Virus record (IMG/VR): IMGVR_UViG_3300029720_000461
Length of the DNA: 64,000 nt
Strand: one strand, 5' to 3'
Origin: a virus
Taxonomy: Duplodnaviria; Heunggongvirae; Uroviricota; Caudoviricetes
The number at the start of each line of letters is the position of its first letter. Position 1 is the first letter of the stretch. A program made the translations under genes and the position numbers. Under the pieces are notes generated by a model. The model ran no database searches. It worked only from the letters and a program-made list of their open reading frames with translations, and was not told the origin of the DNA. This document shows, one piece after another, positions 10,288 through 18,440 of this stretch.

Positions 10288-10390
10288 TGCCTGAAAGAGT
10301 GATACTCTTTTACTGTAATACTTTGTGATTATGGACACCCGCATAAGGAACTTCTTATAGGTGGGAAACCTATAGTGGTGGGATAGCACC
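10288..10390 (+). ncRNA. Structured ncRNA copy 2 (lacks the 84-nt internal domain)
   Basis: Homologous to 9196-9382 with compensatory changes. Confidence 0.65.
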
Positions 10391-10440
10391 TTATCAATTG
10401 GTATTTTTTAAATTATACATGAGTCAAAAGGGGAAATTAT

Positions 10441-10884
10441 ATGAGCATAATGCTAGTAAATAATTATGAACAGATAAAACTTGAAATCAGAAATATCCAA
10501 AAAGAAAAAGGACTTAAGCATGTAGATGATTTTTTAAAAAACTGTAATTTAAGTGATTATATAACTGATGTATTTTTATATGGTGATTTAGCACAAGGAT
10601 ATTCTTCTGATGTCACTAACATAGATATATTGGTATGTTTTGATGAATCCATAAAGCAGATAAAAGGATATGAATATGAATTATTGATGCTAAAGAAAAA
10701 TATAACCCATGTTAATGAAAAAATAGCTAAAATTAATATGAAGACCGCAATTGAAGGCGAACTGAAAGATGATGATTTAATAATAAGGAAAACGGGGATT
10801 AATTTTAAAAATATAGATTGGAATTATGAAAAAGATGATAATACCAAGAAACCAGTTAAAACTGAGTACGAATGGGAAAGATAG
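10441..10884 (+). CDS. Minimal nucleotidyltransferase (MNT)-like protein, degenerate motif
   Basis: VFLYGDLAQG...TNIDILV versus the canonical LFGSxARG...SDIDL. Confidence 0.65.
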   Translation: MSIMLVNNYEQIKLEIRNIQKEKGLKHVDDFLKNCNLSDYITDVFLYGDLAQGYSSDVTNIDILVCFDESIKQIKGYEYELLMLKKNITHVNEKIAKINMKTAIEGELKDDDLIIRKTGINFKNIDWNYEKDDNTKKPVKTEYEWER

Positions 10885-10918
10885 TATTGCAGCATTTATA
10901 GTTGAAACATTAAATGTA

Positions 10919-10990
10919 GAAACACTAGACAGCTTATGTAATTATTTTGATTGTGAAATAGAAGATATTATTAAACATATAAAAAATTAA
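10919..10990 (+). pseudogene. C-terminal remnant of a Cro/C1-type HTH regulator
   Basis: Frame reads ETLDSLCNYFDCEIEDIIKHIKN*, a typical small-HTH C-terminus, with no start codon. Confidence 0.5.
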
Positions 10991-11037
10991 TTAGAAAAAG
11001 GAGTATGTAAAACCATACTCCTTAATTGTTTTAATAT

Positions 11038-11247
11038 TTAGTTGTTATTATAATCTGTAGCATACCATGTTGTATTGCCATCTTTGCTTACAACTCTAAC
11101 AGCTTCGCCGTTATTAAAATATACCTGATATCCTGCATCATGTAAAATTTCAGCCTCTTCAATTCCCATATGGTTTATTAAATACTTTTTTTCATTTGAT
11201 GTTGCACTTTCAAATAATTCTAAATATTCCTTATCAGATATTAACAT
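11038..11247 (-). CDS. small acidic protein, paralog 1 of 3
   Basis: Highly similar to 13647 and 13920 ORFs (YLELFE.AT..E...LINHM.IEEAE.LHD.GY). Confidence 0.85.
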   Translation of the reverse strand: MLISDKEYLELFESATSNEKKYLINHMGIEEAEILHDAGYQVYFNNGEAVRVVSKDGNTTWYATDYNNN

Positions 11248-11298
11248 AAAAATGTACCCACCTTTCTTAAGATGAGTACATTTTATAATAGAAATTGT

Positions 11299-11480
11299 TC
11301 AATGACAAGTTTATCCAATGACACTCACCTATATTTTTACAGGTGTTTCTGTTACCTGCCTTACCTTTGGTAACTTAACCATCTGTACATTCGGTCTTAA
11401 CTTAGCATAATAACATCAATAAACAGATATTATTAACCACATATAGATTAGAGTACAGATGACTGAAAATTATACTTACA
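11299..11480 (-). ncRNA. TnpB omega/reRNA scaffold plus putative guide (guide ~11318-11299)
   Basis: Downstream of tnpB: stems CATCTGTAC/GTACAGATG, GTTACC/GGTAAC, terminal CACCTGTA/TATAGGTG hairpin then GAGTGTCA, typical of an IS200/IS605 right end. Confidence 0.7.
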
Positions 11481-12780
11481 TTGCATTTAATATTTCTATT
11501 AAAGTATGATAAGTACATTGTGTTCTTTTCACACATTCAGGTACTTTTGCCTGTATGAGTGACCATTTCTTCGCAGAGATGGATTTTTCTAATTCTCTTA
11601 TAAAATACCTAGCACCTATATTATATGATGCTGATAAGTCACAATTATAAATTTTGTCATTTGAAAATTTACATAATTCATAAGTACACAGATTAGCTTT
11701 TTTGCTCCTTAAAACTTCTCCTGAGCCATCATAAGCAAGCTTGGAAGTATTCCATGCACAAACATGTGATACTTTAATACCGTTCCTATGAGCCTTATGT
11801 GTGACTATATTCTGAATGGTATTCTTTTTCCACATATGTAGCTTCTGTTTTTTAGAGCCACGTTTCTTACCCTTAGTATCAAGATACTCAAATACAATAG
11901 TGTCTACATTCTGTTCGATAGCATAGTCTGTTATTGATTTGGCTATTTTTCTTGCAAGTTCTTCATTTTTAAAAGATACTGTTCTCCACAGCTTAGTAGT
12001 ATTGTGGCTGCCATATTTTTGACTGATGCCTTTAATTTTATTCAATGTATGATTAATCTGGTCTTTGTCACTTGCAAAGTTAATGAATTTCCTTGCAAGG
12101 ATAGTTCCGTCTTTTTTCATAATTGAGCAGGTAGCATCAGTATTAATACCTAAGTCAATTGCCATAATGGTATTATCTGTCTTTTTTAAAGTTACATTTT
12201 CTTCAAAAGCAAACCTTAAAAACCATTTCTTATTTTTCTTTTCTAAGGTAGGAGCAGACATAGAAGCGTTCTGCAAATGCTTATAAATATATTGTAAATC
12301 AGTATGTTTCAAGCTTACATTTATCCATTTCCAGTCATTGTTAATATAAAGCTTTAACTGGACTGTACCATCACTATTTGAAACATACATATTATCCCTG
12401 TAAAAGGTGGGAAAACTATTATGATTTATCTGAAGACTTGGCTTCTTTCCGATACAGCCATTATCCTGCCATAATTTCACAAGGCTATGATATGAATTAA
12501 GATATCCAAGAGCAGCATTAATAGCAGCTCTACGCATATATGTAGGCATTTTATAAAACATACTGTCAAAATTATATTTAGCTGTATTATTTTTGGTGCT
12601 GTGTATAAGCTTTTCAGCATATGATTTCTTTTGTAAATTATCTAAATTTTTAATATCAGTCCATTCACTTTCAAATGTAATGATACAAAAAGAAACTGCC
12701 TTGTTATAAACAGCAATAGTAGGGTAAAATATTTTGTTCATATTTTTAATTTCAATGCCGTAGCTGCTCATAATCTTCAT
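11476..12780 (-). CDS. tnpB: IS200/IS605-family TnpB RNA-guided endonuclease
   Basis: RuvC motifs AIDLGINT, IVFEYL, NCDLSASYNI; NTSKLAYDGSG; no tnpA nearby. Confidence 0.92.
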   Translation of the reverse strand: MKIMSSYGIEIKNMNKIFYPTIAVYNKAVSFCIITFESEWTDIKNLDNLQKKSYAEKLIHSTKNNTAKYNFDSMFYKMPTYMRRAAINAALGYLNSYHSLVKLWQDNGCIGKKPSLQINHNSFPTFYRDNMYVSNSDGTVQLKLYINNDWKWINVSLKHTDLQYIYKHLQNASMSAPTLEKKNKKWFLRFAFEENVTLKKTDNTIMAIDLGINTDATCSIMKKDGTILARKFINFASDKDQINHTLNKIKGISQKYGSHNTTKLWRTVSFKNEELARKIAKSITDYAIEQNVDTIVFEYLDTKGKKRGSKKQKLHMWKKNTIQNIVTHKAHRNGIKVSHVCAWNTSKLAYDGSGEVLRSKKANLCTYELCKFSNDKIYNCDLSASYNIGARYFIRELEKSISAKKWSLIQAKVPECVKRTQCTYHTLIEILNAM

Positions 12781-12798
12781 AGACAGTCTCCTTTTTAT

Positions 12799-13053
12799 CT
12801 ACATTGCCATTTCATATATGTCTAAGGCTTTATTTTGTGCATCTGATTCTTCATCAGGCATTGCAGGTCTTATAAATGTTTTTTTACCTTTATCATTCTT
12901 TGTGTATACATTTAATGTCTGACATTTTTTTAATTCTTTATTCTTACGGTGTACTCTTTGAAGCCTTAATACTGTAATTCCCGGTTCTATAGATGTGTCA
13001 AATACTACAGTTACATATTCAGTTTCATTAAGTTTAATTTCATATTTATTCAT
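12799..13053 (-). CDS. hypothetical protein co-transcribed upstream of tnpB
   Basis: ORF with AGGGG RBS, 18 bp from tnpB; no HUH or serine-recombinase motif. Confidence 0.7.
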   Translation of the reverse strand: MNKYEIKLNETEYVTVVFDTSIEPGITVLRLQRVHRKNKELKKCQTLNVYTKNDKGKKTFIRPAMPDEESDAQNKALDIYEMAM

Positions 13054-13073
13054 ATTAAAATTCCCCTAAAATA

Positions 13074-13138
13074 ATACTTTGTATATTTATATTATAATAC
13101 AATGTATTAAAAATGTCAATGTAAATCGTACAATGTAT
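13074..13138 (-). promoter_or_regulatory. Consensus promoter (TTGACA-17-TATAAT, 13119-13091) overlapped by three ATAC-N3-GTAT operator-like palindromes
   Basis: Palindromes at 13074-84, 13097-107 and 13128-38 (GTAC variant), between the divergent Xre gene and the tnpB operon. Confidence 0.7.
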
Positions 13139-13213
13139 GATAAAAAAGCTTTTTTATAGTTATTTTTTTATTAATGGTGTATAATTAAAATATAAAAAAG
13201 AATTAATAGCGAG

Positions 13214-13549
13214 GTGGTTGAAATGAAAAATAGAATAAAAGAAATAAGAAAAGGGTCTGAATATGGAAAAACTCAGGATACTTTTGCAAAGTATTTAGGC
13301 ATACCAAAATGCAATCTATCAAGCTATGAAACAGGAGTGCGTTCTCCATCAAAAGCCACAATACAGCTTATATGTGAAAAATGTAATGTTAATGAAGACT
13401 GGCTGATAAACGGAACAGGAGAAAAATATTGTGATAATCATTGTGATAATCAGAATATACCTTTTAAAGATAAAATCCTTTCTTCATTAAATAAATTATC
13501 TGACAAAGAATGGGAAGTATTAGAAAAAATATATAAGGAAATTAATTAA
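13214..13549 (+). CDS. Xre/Cro-CI family HTH repressor
   Basis: RIKEIRK...TQ..FA..LGI...LSSYETG.RSPS...NVNEDWLING.GE. Confidence 0.9.
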   Translation: MVEMKNRIKEIRKGSEYGKTQDTFAKYLGIPKCNLSSYETGVRSPSKATIQLICEKCNVNEDWLINGTGEKYCDNHCDNQNIPFKDKILSSLNKLSDKEWEVLEKIYKEIN

Positions 13550-13646
13550 ACAGGTGATTGAATATTTTAGAACTTGCTGATAAAGTTGTCAAAGCAAAAT
13601 AAAAGGGGAGTACGCATTGCACATGTTCCCCTTTTTAAAGTAATAT

Positions 13647-13856
13647 TTAATTATTCTTGCAGCCTGAAGCATACCATGTTGTATTGCCGTCCTTGCTTAC
13701 AACTCTAACAACTTCTCCATTGTTTAAATATACTTTATAGCCATTATCGTGAAGAAGTTCGGCTTCTTCAATACTCATATGATTAATTAAATCCTGTTTT
13801 TCATCTGATGTTGCACCTTCAAATAGTTCTAAATATCTCTTTGCTGACATTAACAT
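13647..13856 (-). CDS. small acidic protein, paralog 2 of 3
   Basis: Paralog; start set at MLMSAK by alignment. Confidence 0.85.
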   Translation of the reverse strand: MLMSAKRYLELFEGATSDEKQDLINHMSIEEAELLHDNGYKVYLNNGEVVRVVSKDGNTTWYASGCKNN

Positions 13857-13919
13857 AAAAATACACCTACCTTTCATTAGATAGGTGTATTGTAACTTAT
13901 AAATTGTTCATTGACAAGA

Positions 13920-14132
13920 TTAGCCAATCATTTTATTTTCTTTCATACGCTTTGCGTATCTTTCTTCGTTCTTGACTACCTTTGTGACTTCTCCATCATT
14001 AAGAAATACATCATAGCCGTAATCGTGAAGGAGTTCAGCTTCCTCAATACTCATATGATTAATAAGCTCCTGTCTTTCATCTGGTGTCGCACCTTCAAAT
14101 AATTCTAAATATCTTTTTGTTGACATTAACAT
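13920..14132 (-). CDS. small acidic protein, paralog 3 of 3
   Basis: Paralog with divergent C-terminus. Confidence 0.85.
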   Translation of the reverse strand: MLMSTKRYLELFEGATPDERQELINHMSIEEAELLHDYGYDVFLNDGEVTKVVKNEERYAKRMKENKMIG

Positions 14133-14205
14133 AATTTTTTACCTTCCTTATTATTTATTTTAGCCTGTAGCAGCAATATGAAATTGCCACCACAAGGCTT
14201 ATTTT

Positions 14206-15936
14206 TTAGTAAATAGGCATCATATCATCATTTATGTACTTGTTGCCTTCTAACTTATTTGTCTTTGCATCTTTTGACTTGGTATCCTTATCTCTGTTGT
14301 TTTCTTTAACAGTTTCATTATAGATTTCTTCCATAAGTTCTGTTTCAATTCCCCAGCTTGTGTTAAACACCTTATCAATCTGATTAAAGTTTTTCTTTAC
14401 ATCATCATCTATAAGGTCAGGTCGTACAATCTGCTTGCTGTAGTCAATGATACGTTTATACTCACCGTTAGCCTGCTGCAACATTACACCAAATATTTTT
14501 CCTTCCCTGTCGAAGTCATATATAAGGTTTTTATCAGTGCCGTCAATATGTGATGATATATAAGTAGTATCATTTTCACTTCTGTATATGTTGCCCGGAT
14601 TAGCTTTCTTAAGAACATCTTCAATTTTATACACTTTATCCATATGTTCTTTCTTAACAGTAGCAATCATGGCAACTCTGCCATATGTATTATCCATCTT
14701 TTCCTGTACAACATCAGGGTCAATGTATAACTGCTTAAGAAGATTTCTAAACAGTTCTGAATGAATAATCTGCTGATACTTTACATTGTGGTAATCACCA
14801 AATTCAATACTGTTAGTCGCTCTATGGAATGTAAGAGCAGGGCGTTCATCACGCATCTTTTTATTTGTAGTAATTCCATTAACTGTATCAGATATTTTAA
14901 TATCTTTACCAACTTTAGGAATAAACTTAGCTGTAAAATCACCGCCCTTAAGAGGTGAATCAGGGTCATTTCCGCCCTGTACATTAAATTCAACCTGACA
15001 ATCTCCAAGTGTAAAAGTGAACTTATCGTGTACAATTTCACCTTTAAATTTGTAAGTATCTCTAACAAGCTTTATATTGCCTTCAGTGTATTCCTTACCG
15101 TTCTCATAAGCCGGTACTGAAAGAGTATTCTGATAATCTTTTCTTGCAAGCTCATTATTAAGCTTCTTTCTCTTATACATTTCAATCTGGTTCTTACATA
15201 TTGCCTGCTCACACTGCAATGCATCTTTAAGCTGTATTCCTGCCATATCAATAAGACGGTCAATATCATTAACAGGGCGGTCTGTAATACCATAATGCTG
15301 TGCAATTTCATTATCACGGATTTTATCCTCGCTAATAGTACGGATATCCTTACCTGCATATTCCTTCTTAAAATCCTTCATATCCATAGTATCAACTGAG
15401 ATAGTACCATCCATGTTAGGGATGACACGAACAACATCAGGAATAGCACTGTTTTCCACCGCAGCCTTATTAATAAGCAATACATGATTAGGGTTATCAT
15501 CATAATTAACCTTAAGTTCATAATTAGTCTTTGCAAAATCAGGAATATCCTTAAGAGCATTAAGTACCTGTTCCTTTGCAATTTCCTGTGATTTGCCAAT
15601 TTTTTCCGTTACGTCAAGAAGTCTTGTAACACAGTCATTAAGTTCATTAAGCTTCTGTTCATACTCATTATCTGAAACATCAAGGTCATGTATCTTATCA
15701 TACATTACCTGATTAAGCTTAACCATTTCACCAAGAACTTCTTCATTGTGATTAGCATTTTCATCAATAGCATCAGCCATATCCTGCATTTGTTCTTTAA
15801 GCTCACCAAATAATTTAACAGCTTTCTTATCATTTAATAAGTTATCCAGCCATTCTTTTAATATAGCCCATAAAGTCTTTCGTTCTTTTTCAAGTTCTTC
15901 AGGACTTACAGGGGCAGTTGTAGTTGTATCTGCCAT
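14206..15936 (-). CDS. hypothetical protein, N-terminal coiled coil
   Basis: 576-aa ORF with AAAGGT RBS. Confidence 0.8.
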   Translation of the reverse strand: MADTTTTAPVSPEELEKERKTLWAILKEWLDNLLNDKKAVKLFGELKEQMQDMADAIDENANHNEEVLGEMVKLNQVMYDKIHDLDVSDNEYEQKLNELNDCVTRLLDVTEKIGKSQEIAKEQVLNALKDIPDFAKTNYELKVNYDDNPNHVLLINKAAVENSAIPDVVRVIPNMDGTISVDTMDMKDFKKEYAGKDIRTISEDKIRDNEIAQHYGITDRPVNDIDRLIDMAGIQLKDALQCEQAICKNQIEMYKRKKLNNELARKDYQNTLSVPAYENGKEYTEGNIKLVRDTYKFKGEIVHDKFTFTLGDCQVEFNVQGGNDPDSPLKGGDFTAKFIPKVGKDIKISDTVNGITTNKKMRDERPALTFHRATNSIEFGDYHNVKYQQIIHSELFRNLLKQLYIDPDVVQEKMDNTYGRVAMIATVKKEHMDKVYKIEDVLKKANPGNIYRSENDTTYISSHIDGTDKNLIYDFDREGKIFGVMLQQANGEYKRIIDYSKQIVRPDLIDDDVKKNFNQIDKVFNTSWGIETELMEEIYNETVKENNRDKDTKSKDAKTNKLEGNKYINDDMMPIY

Positions 15937-16251
15937 AGTCTTTACCTTTCTATATGTTTATTTTTAATTTATATTCATAGTTTATCAATTTTTAATTTAA
16001 TACTTTATTTATATAAGCCTTTTTATAGTTTTTATTAGAAGTTTTTTCAAATATTTTGCCTTGGAGATTGGATTGGGTTTCTGGCTGCCGGTAGGGTAGT
16101 GGTTTCCAATTTACATCTTCACAAAGTTTTATGTTTATTTACACTAATAGAGTATTGTACACTGCATACAAGATATTAATGTTCATCAATGCCTATGTTA
16201 TTTCCCTTTATATGCGTTGAAATATTTTACAAAATTTGTTATATTAATAGT

Positions 16252-16456
16252 GATAAAGGAAGGCACTCCTTTCTCCACGCTCTCTCCGGCATAGACCAGA
16301 TGCACCCGTGGGCTGAGAACTTCCTTGATAAATAGGCACTCCATATCCTACGCTCTCATAATTTTCATTAGAAAAGTATTGTACCCGTAGGTCGAGTTCT
16401 TTTTATACTAAGCATATCTATTAGGATTTTTAGATTCTTTTAGATATGCTTTTTTA
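16252..16456 (+). ncRNA. Stand-alone ~200-nt RNA with two tandem structured units
   Basis: Promoter TTGAAA-17-TGnTATATT (16217-45), repeats at 16261 and 16334, terminator AAGCATATCTA/TAGATATGCTT+T. Confidence 0.65.
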
Positions 16457-16526
16457 ATTCATTTTTAATAAAAGTGCAAAATATCGAATTAAATTAACTC
16501 AATATTCTGCACTTCATAATAAATAT

Positions 16527-17546
16527 CTAGCCAACTTTAAGCTGTTCCTGCTGTTTAACCTTATATGTCTGTCCTATGGGCTTTTCAGTTACCGCAGGCT
16601 TTGCAAGATAACTTAAATCCTTGGTAGAGCAGTAGTCACATATATTTTCACCAAGCTGTTTTACATTACCTGCAACATAACCTTCTTTTTCCATCTGGTT
16701 AAAATCTTTTAAGAAGTTATCCACCTCTTTATTACATATTTCTTCTAAATCCTCACCTTTTGATGCATATAAAAATCCATTAAAATCAAGCAACGGATTA
16801 TCCTGTCTGTCTTTAAATATATTTATACGATATTCCTTATCCTCTTTTAAAAATGTTATGTAGGCACATTTATCAAAACCATATAATATCTTTTCATATC
16901 CGGCTTCTGATAACTTAGGCTTTATTGTATTATACATAGCCCAGACTAAGGCGGATTTCTTTGCAACATTACAGTTTTCACCTGTTGCCATTAAATATAA
17001 GCTCTTATTATTAGCAAGCGGGTCTTTTAATTCTATCTGGTATGCATCCTGTAATTCACCAAGCTGTTCTTCATGTTCCCTTACATACTCAGCAAAGTTA
17101 TCTTCCTTATAAGTTTTTCCTGTTATATTAAATAACTTTACATTTTTTGTTGTCTTCATTTCATCTTCAACATCAGCCGGGAGTCTGTATTTCTGCAAAA
17201 ACTCTGTAAACTTACTTTTATTCTGAATGAATAAACTGATGTCAATTGGTTCTTCTTTATCTACTATTGAAAATGTAAACTGGAATCCTACTATATCTGC
17301 TTTGCCATCATGTTCAATTTCTTTATAAAATAACATATTGCTGCCTCTTGTTGACATACACAGTGTATAGTCGTCCAAATCAGGTACTACAGGCTTTATC
17401 ACTTTATAAGCCTTATTTATATCCTGCATTGTAAGTATCTTAATTCTTGGCTCATGCTCATATTCAACAGCTTTTCCAAAACTGTTTATCAGATAATATT
17501 TTCTATCCATATCTGTCACCTCATTTTTAACAAATCTCTTTATCAT
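16527..17546 (-). CDS. hypothetical protein
   Basis: Long ORF in operon. Confidence 0.75.
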   Translation of the reverse strand: MIKRFVKNEVTDMDRKYYLINSFGKAVEYEHEPRIKILTMQDINKAYKVIKPVVPDLDDYTLCMSTRGSNMLFYKEIEHDGKADIVGFQFTFSIVDKEEPIDISLFIQNKSKFTEFLQKYRLPADVEDEMKTTKNVKLFNITGKTYKEDNFAEYVREHEEQLGELQDAYQIELKDPLANNKSLYLMATGENCNVAKKSALVWAMYNTIKPKLSEAGYEKILYGFDKCAYITFLKEDKEYRINIFKDRQDNPLLDFNGFLYASKGEDLEEICNKEVDNFLKDFNQMEKEGYVAGNVKQLGENICDYCSTKDLSYLAKPAVTEKPIGQTYKVKQQEQLKVG

Positions 17547-18405
17547 ATATGTTCTGTTTTTTTACCGCTTTGGGAACTGCATTATCTTCAGTTTTTAGTT
17601 CTTTATCAGTTTTTCTTATTTTAGCTTTATCTATATCTGTTAAAGTCTTTTCATATGCTACAACCTTTGCTAATGTCTGCATAATTTCTTCTATCTTTTC
17701 ATTACAGTTTTCCAAGTCATTTTCATAAGACTGATATAAAATAAATTTTCGCATAAGTTCTCCCTGTTTAGGAGAGTACTTAACTATGTCGTATTTCTTT
17801 CTCAAGTCTTTATAAAGGTCATAAGTTTTTTCTGCTTCTTCAAGCTCATCACCTAACAGATTCCTAAAATAATTTATATTTTCCTTTATCTCTGCCTGTC
17901 TTGTATAATATTTCTGATACCCTTCAGCAATTTTTCTTGACATAAGTATACAAAACTGGTCAGGTGCTTCATAATACAAATCCCTTATTTCAGGACTGTA
18001 CTGTAAGCCTATATTTTTTAATTCACTGCCGTAGAAGTTAAAACGGTTATCTTTTACCTTTTCATCTTCTTTATCCGAATATAGTCTTTCTTCAAGTCCG
18101 AATCTGTCAATTAATATTTCACATGCTGTAGGAAAATCTACAGATTCATTCATCATTACAATATCTATAGGGCTGAAGCTCTGGTTACATGCAAAACATT
18201 TACATCTGTTGTTCTTAATGCTTGCACTTGGGTTACTATCCCTATGAGCCGGATTAGGGCAGTGTATACCGCCTTTTCCCGGCTGCTGTCCGTAGTAATA
18301 TTCAATTACATCTCTTATTGGTACGTCTTCTTTTATTTTTTGTGCGTAATACATATTTTTTCCTCTTATCTGAACCCTTAACATAGCGGCTTGCCCTGTA
18401 ATCAC
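17527..18405 (-). CDS. CHC2 zinc-finger (primase ZBD-like) protein without a TOPRIM domain
   Basis: CPNPAHRDSNPS...CKCFAC; true start probably MYYAQK. Confidence 0.8.
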   Translation of the reverse strand: MITGQAAMLRVQIRGKNMYYAQKIKEDVPIRDVIEYYYGQQPGKGGIHCPNPAHRDSNPSASIKNNRCKCFACNQSFSPIDIVMMNESVDFPTACEILIDRFGLEERLYSDKEDEKVKDNRFNFYGSELKNIGLQYSPEIRDLYYEAPDQFCILMSRKIAEGYQKYYTRQAEIKENINYFRNLLGDELEEAEKTYDLYKDLRKKYDIVKYSPKQGELMRKFILYQSYENDLENCNEKIEEIMQTLAKVVAYEKTLTDIDKAKIRKTDKELKTEDNAVPKAVKKQNIYDKEIC

Positions 18406-18440
18406 AAGCCGCTTTAATCTTTACACATCAGTCTGTATTA

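Noticed and set aside
11476..12780. Cas12f/type V effector or nuclease-dead TldR
   Set aside because: No CRISPR array, an IS right-end hairpin is present, and all three RuvC acidic residues are intact.
12799..13053. TnpA transposase
   Set aside because: No HUH/Y1 or serine recombinase motif.
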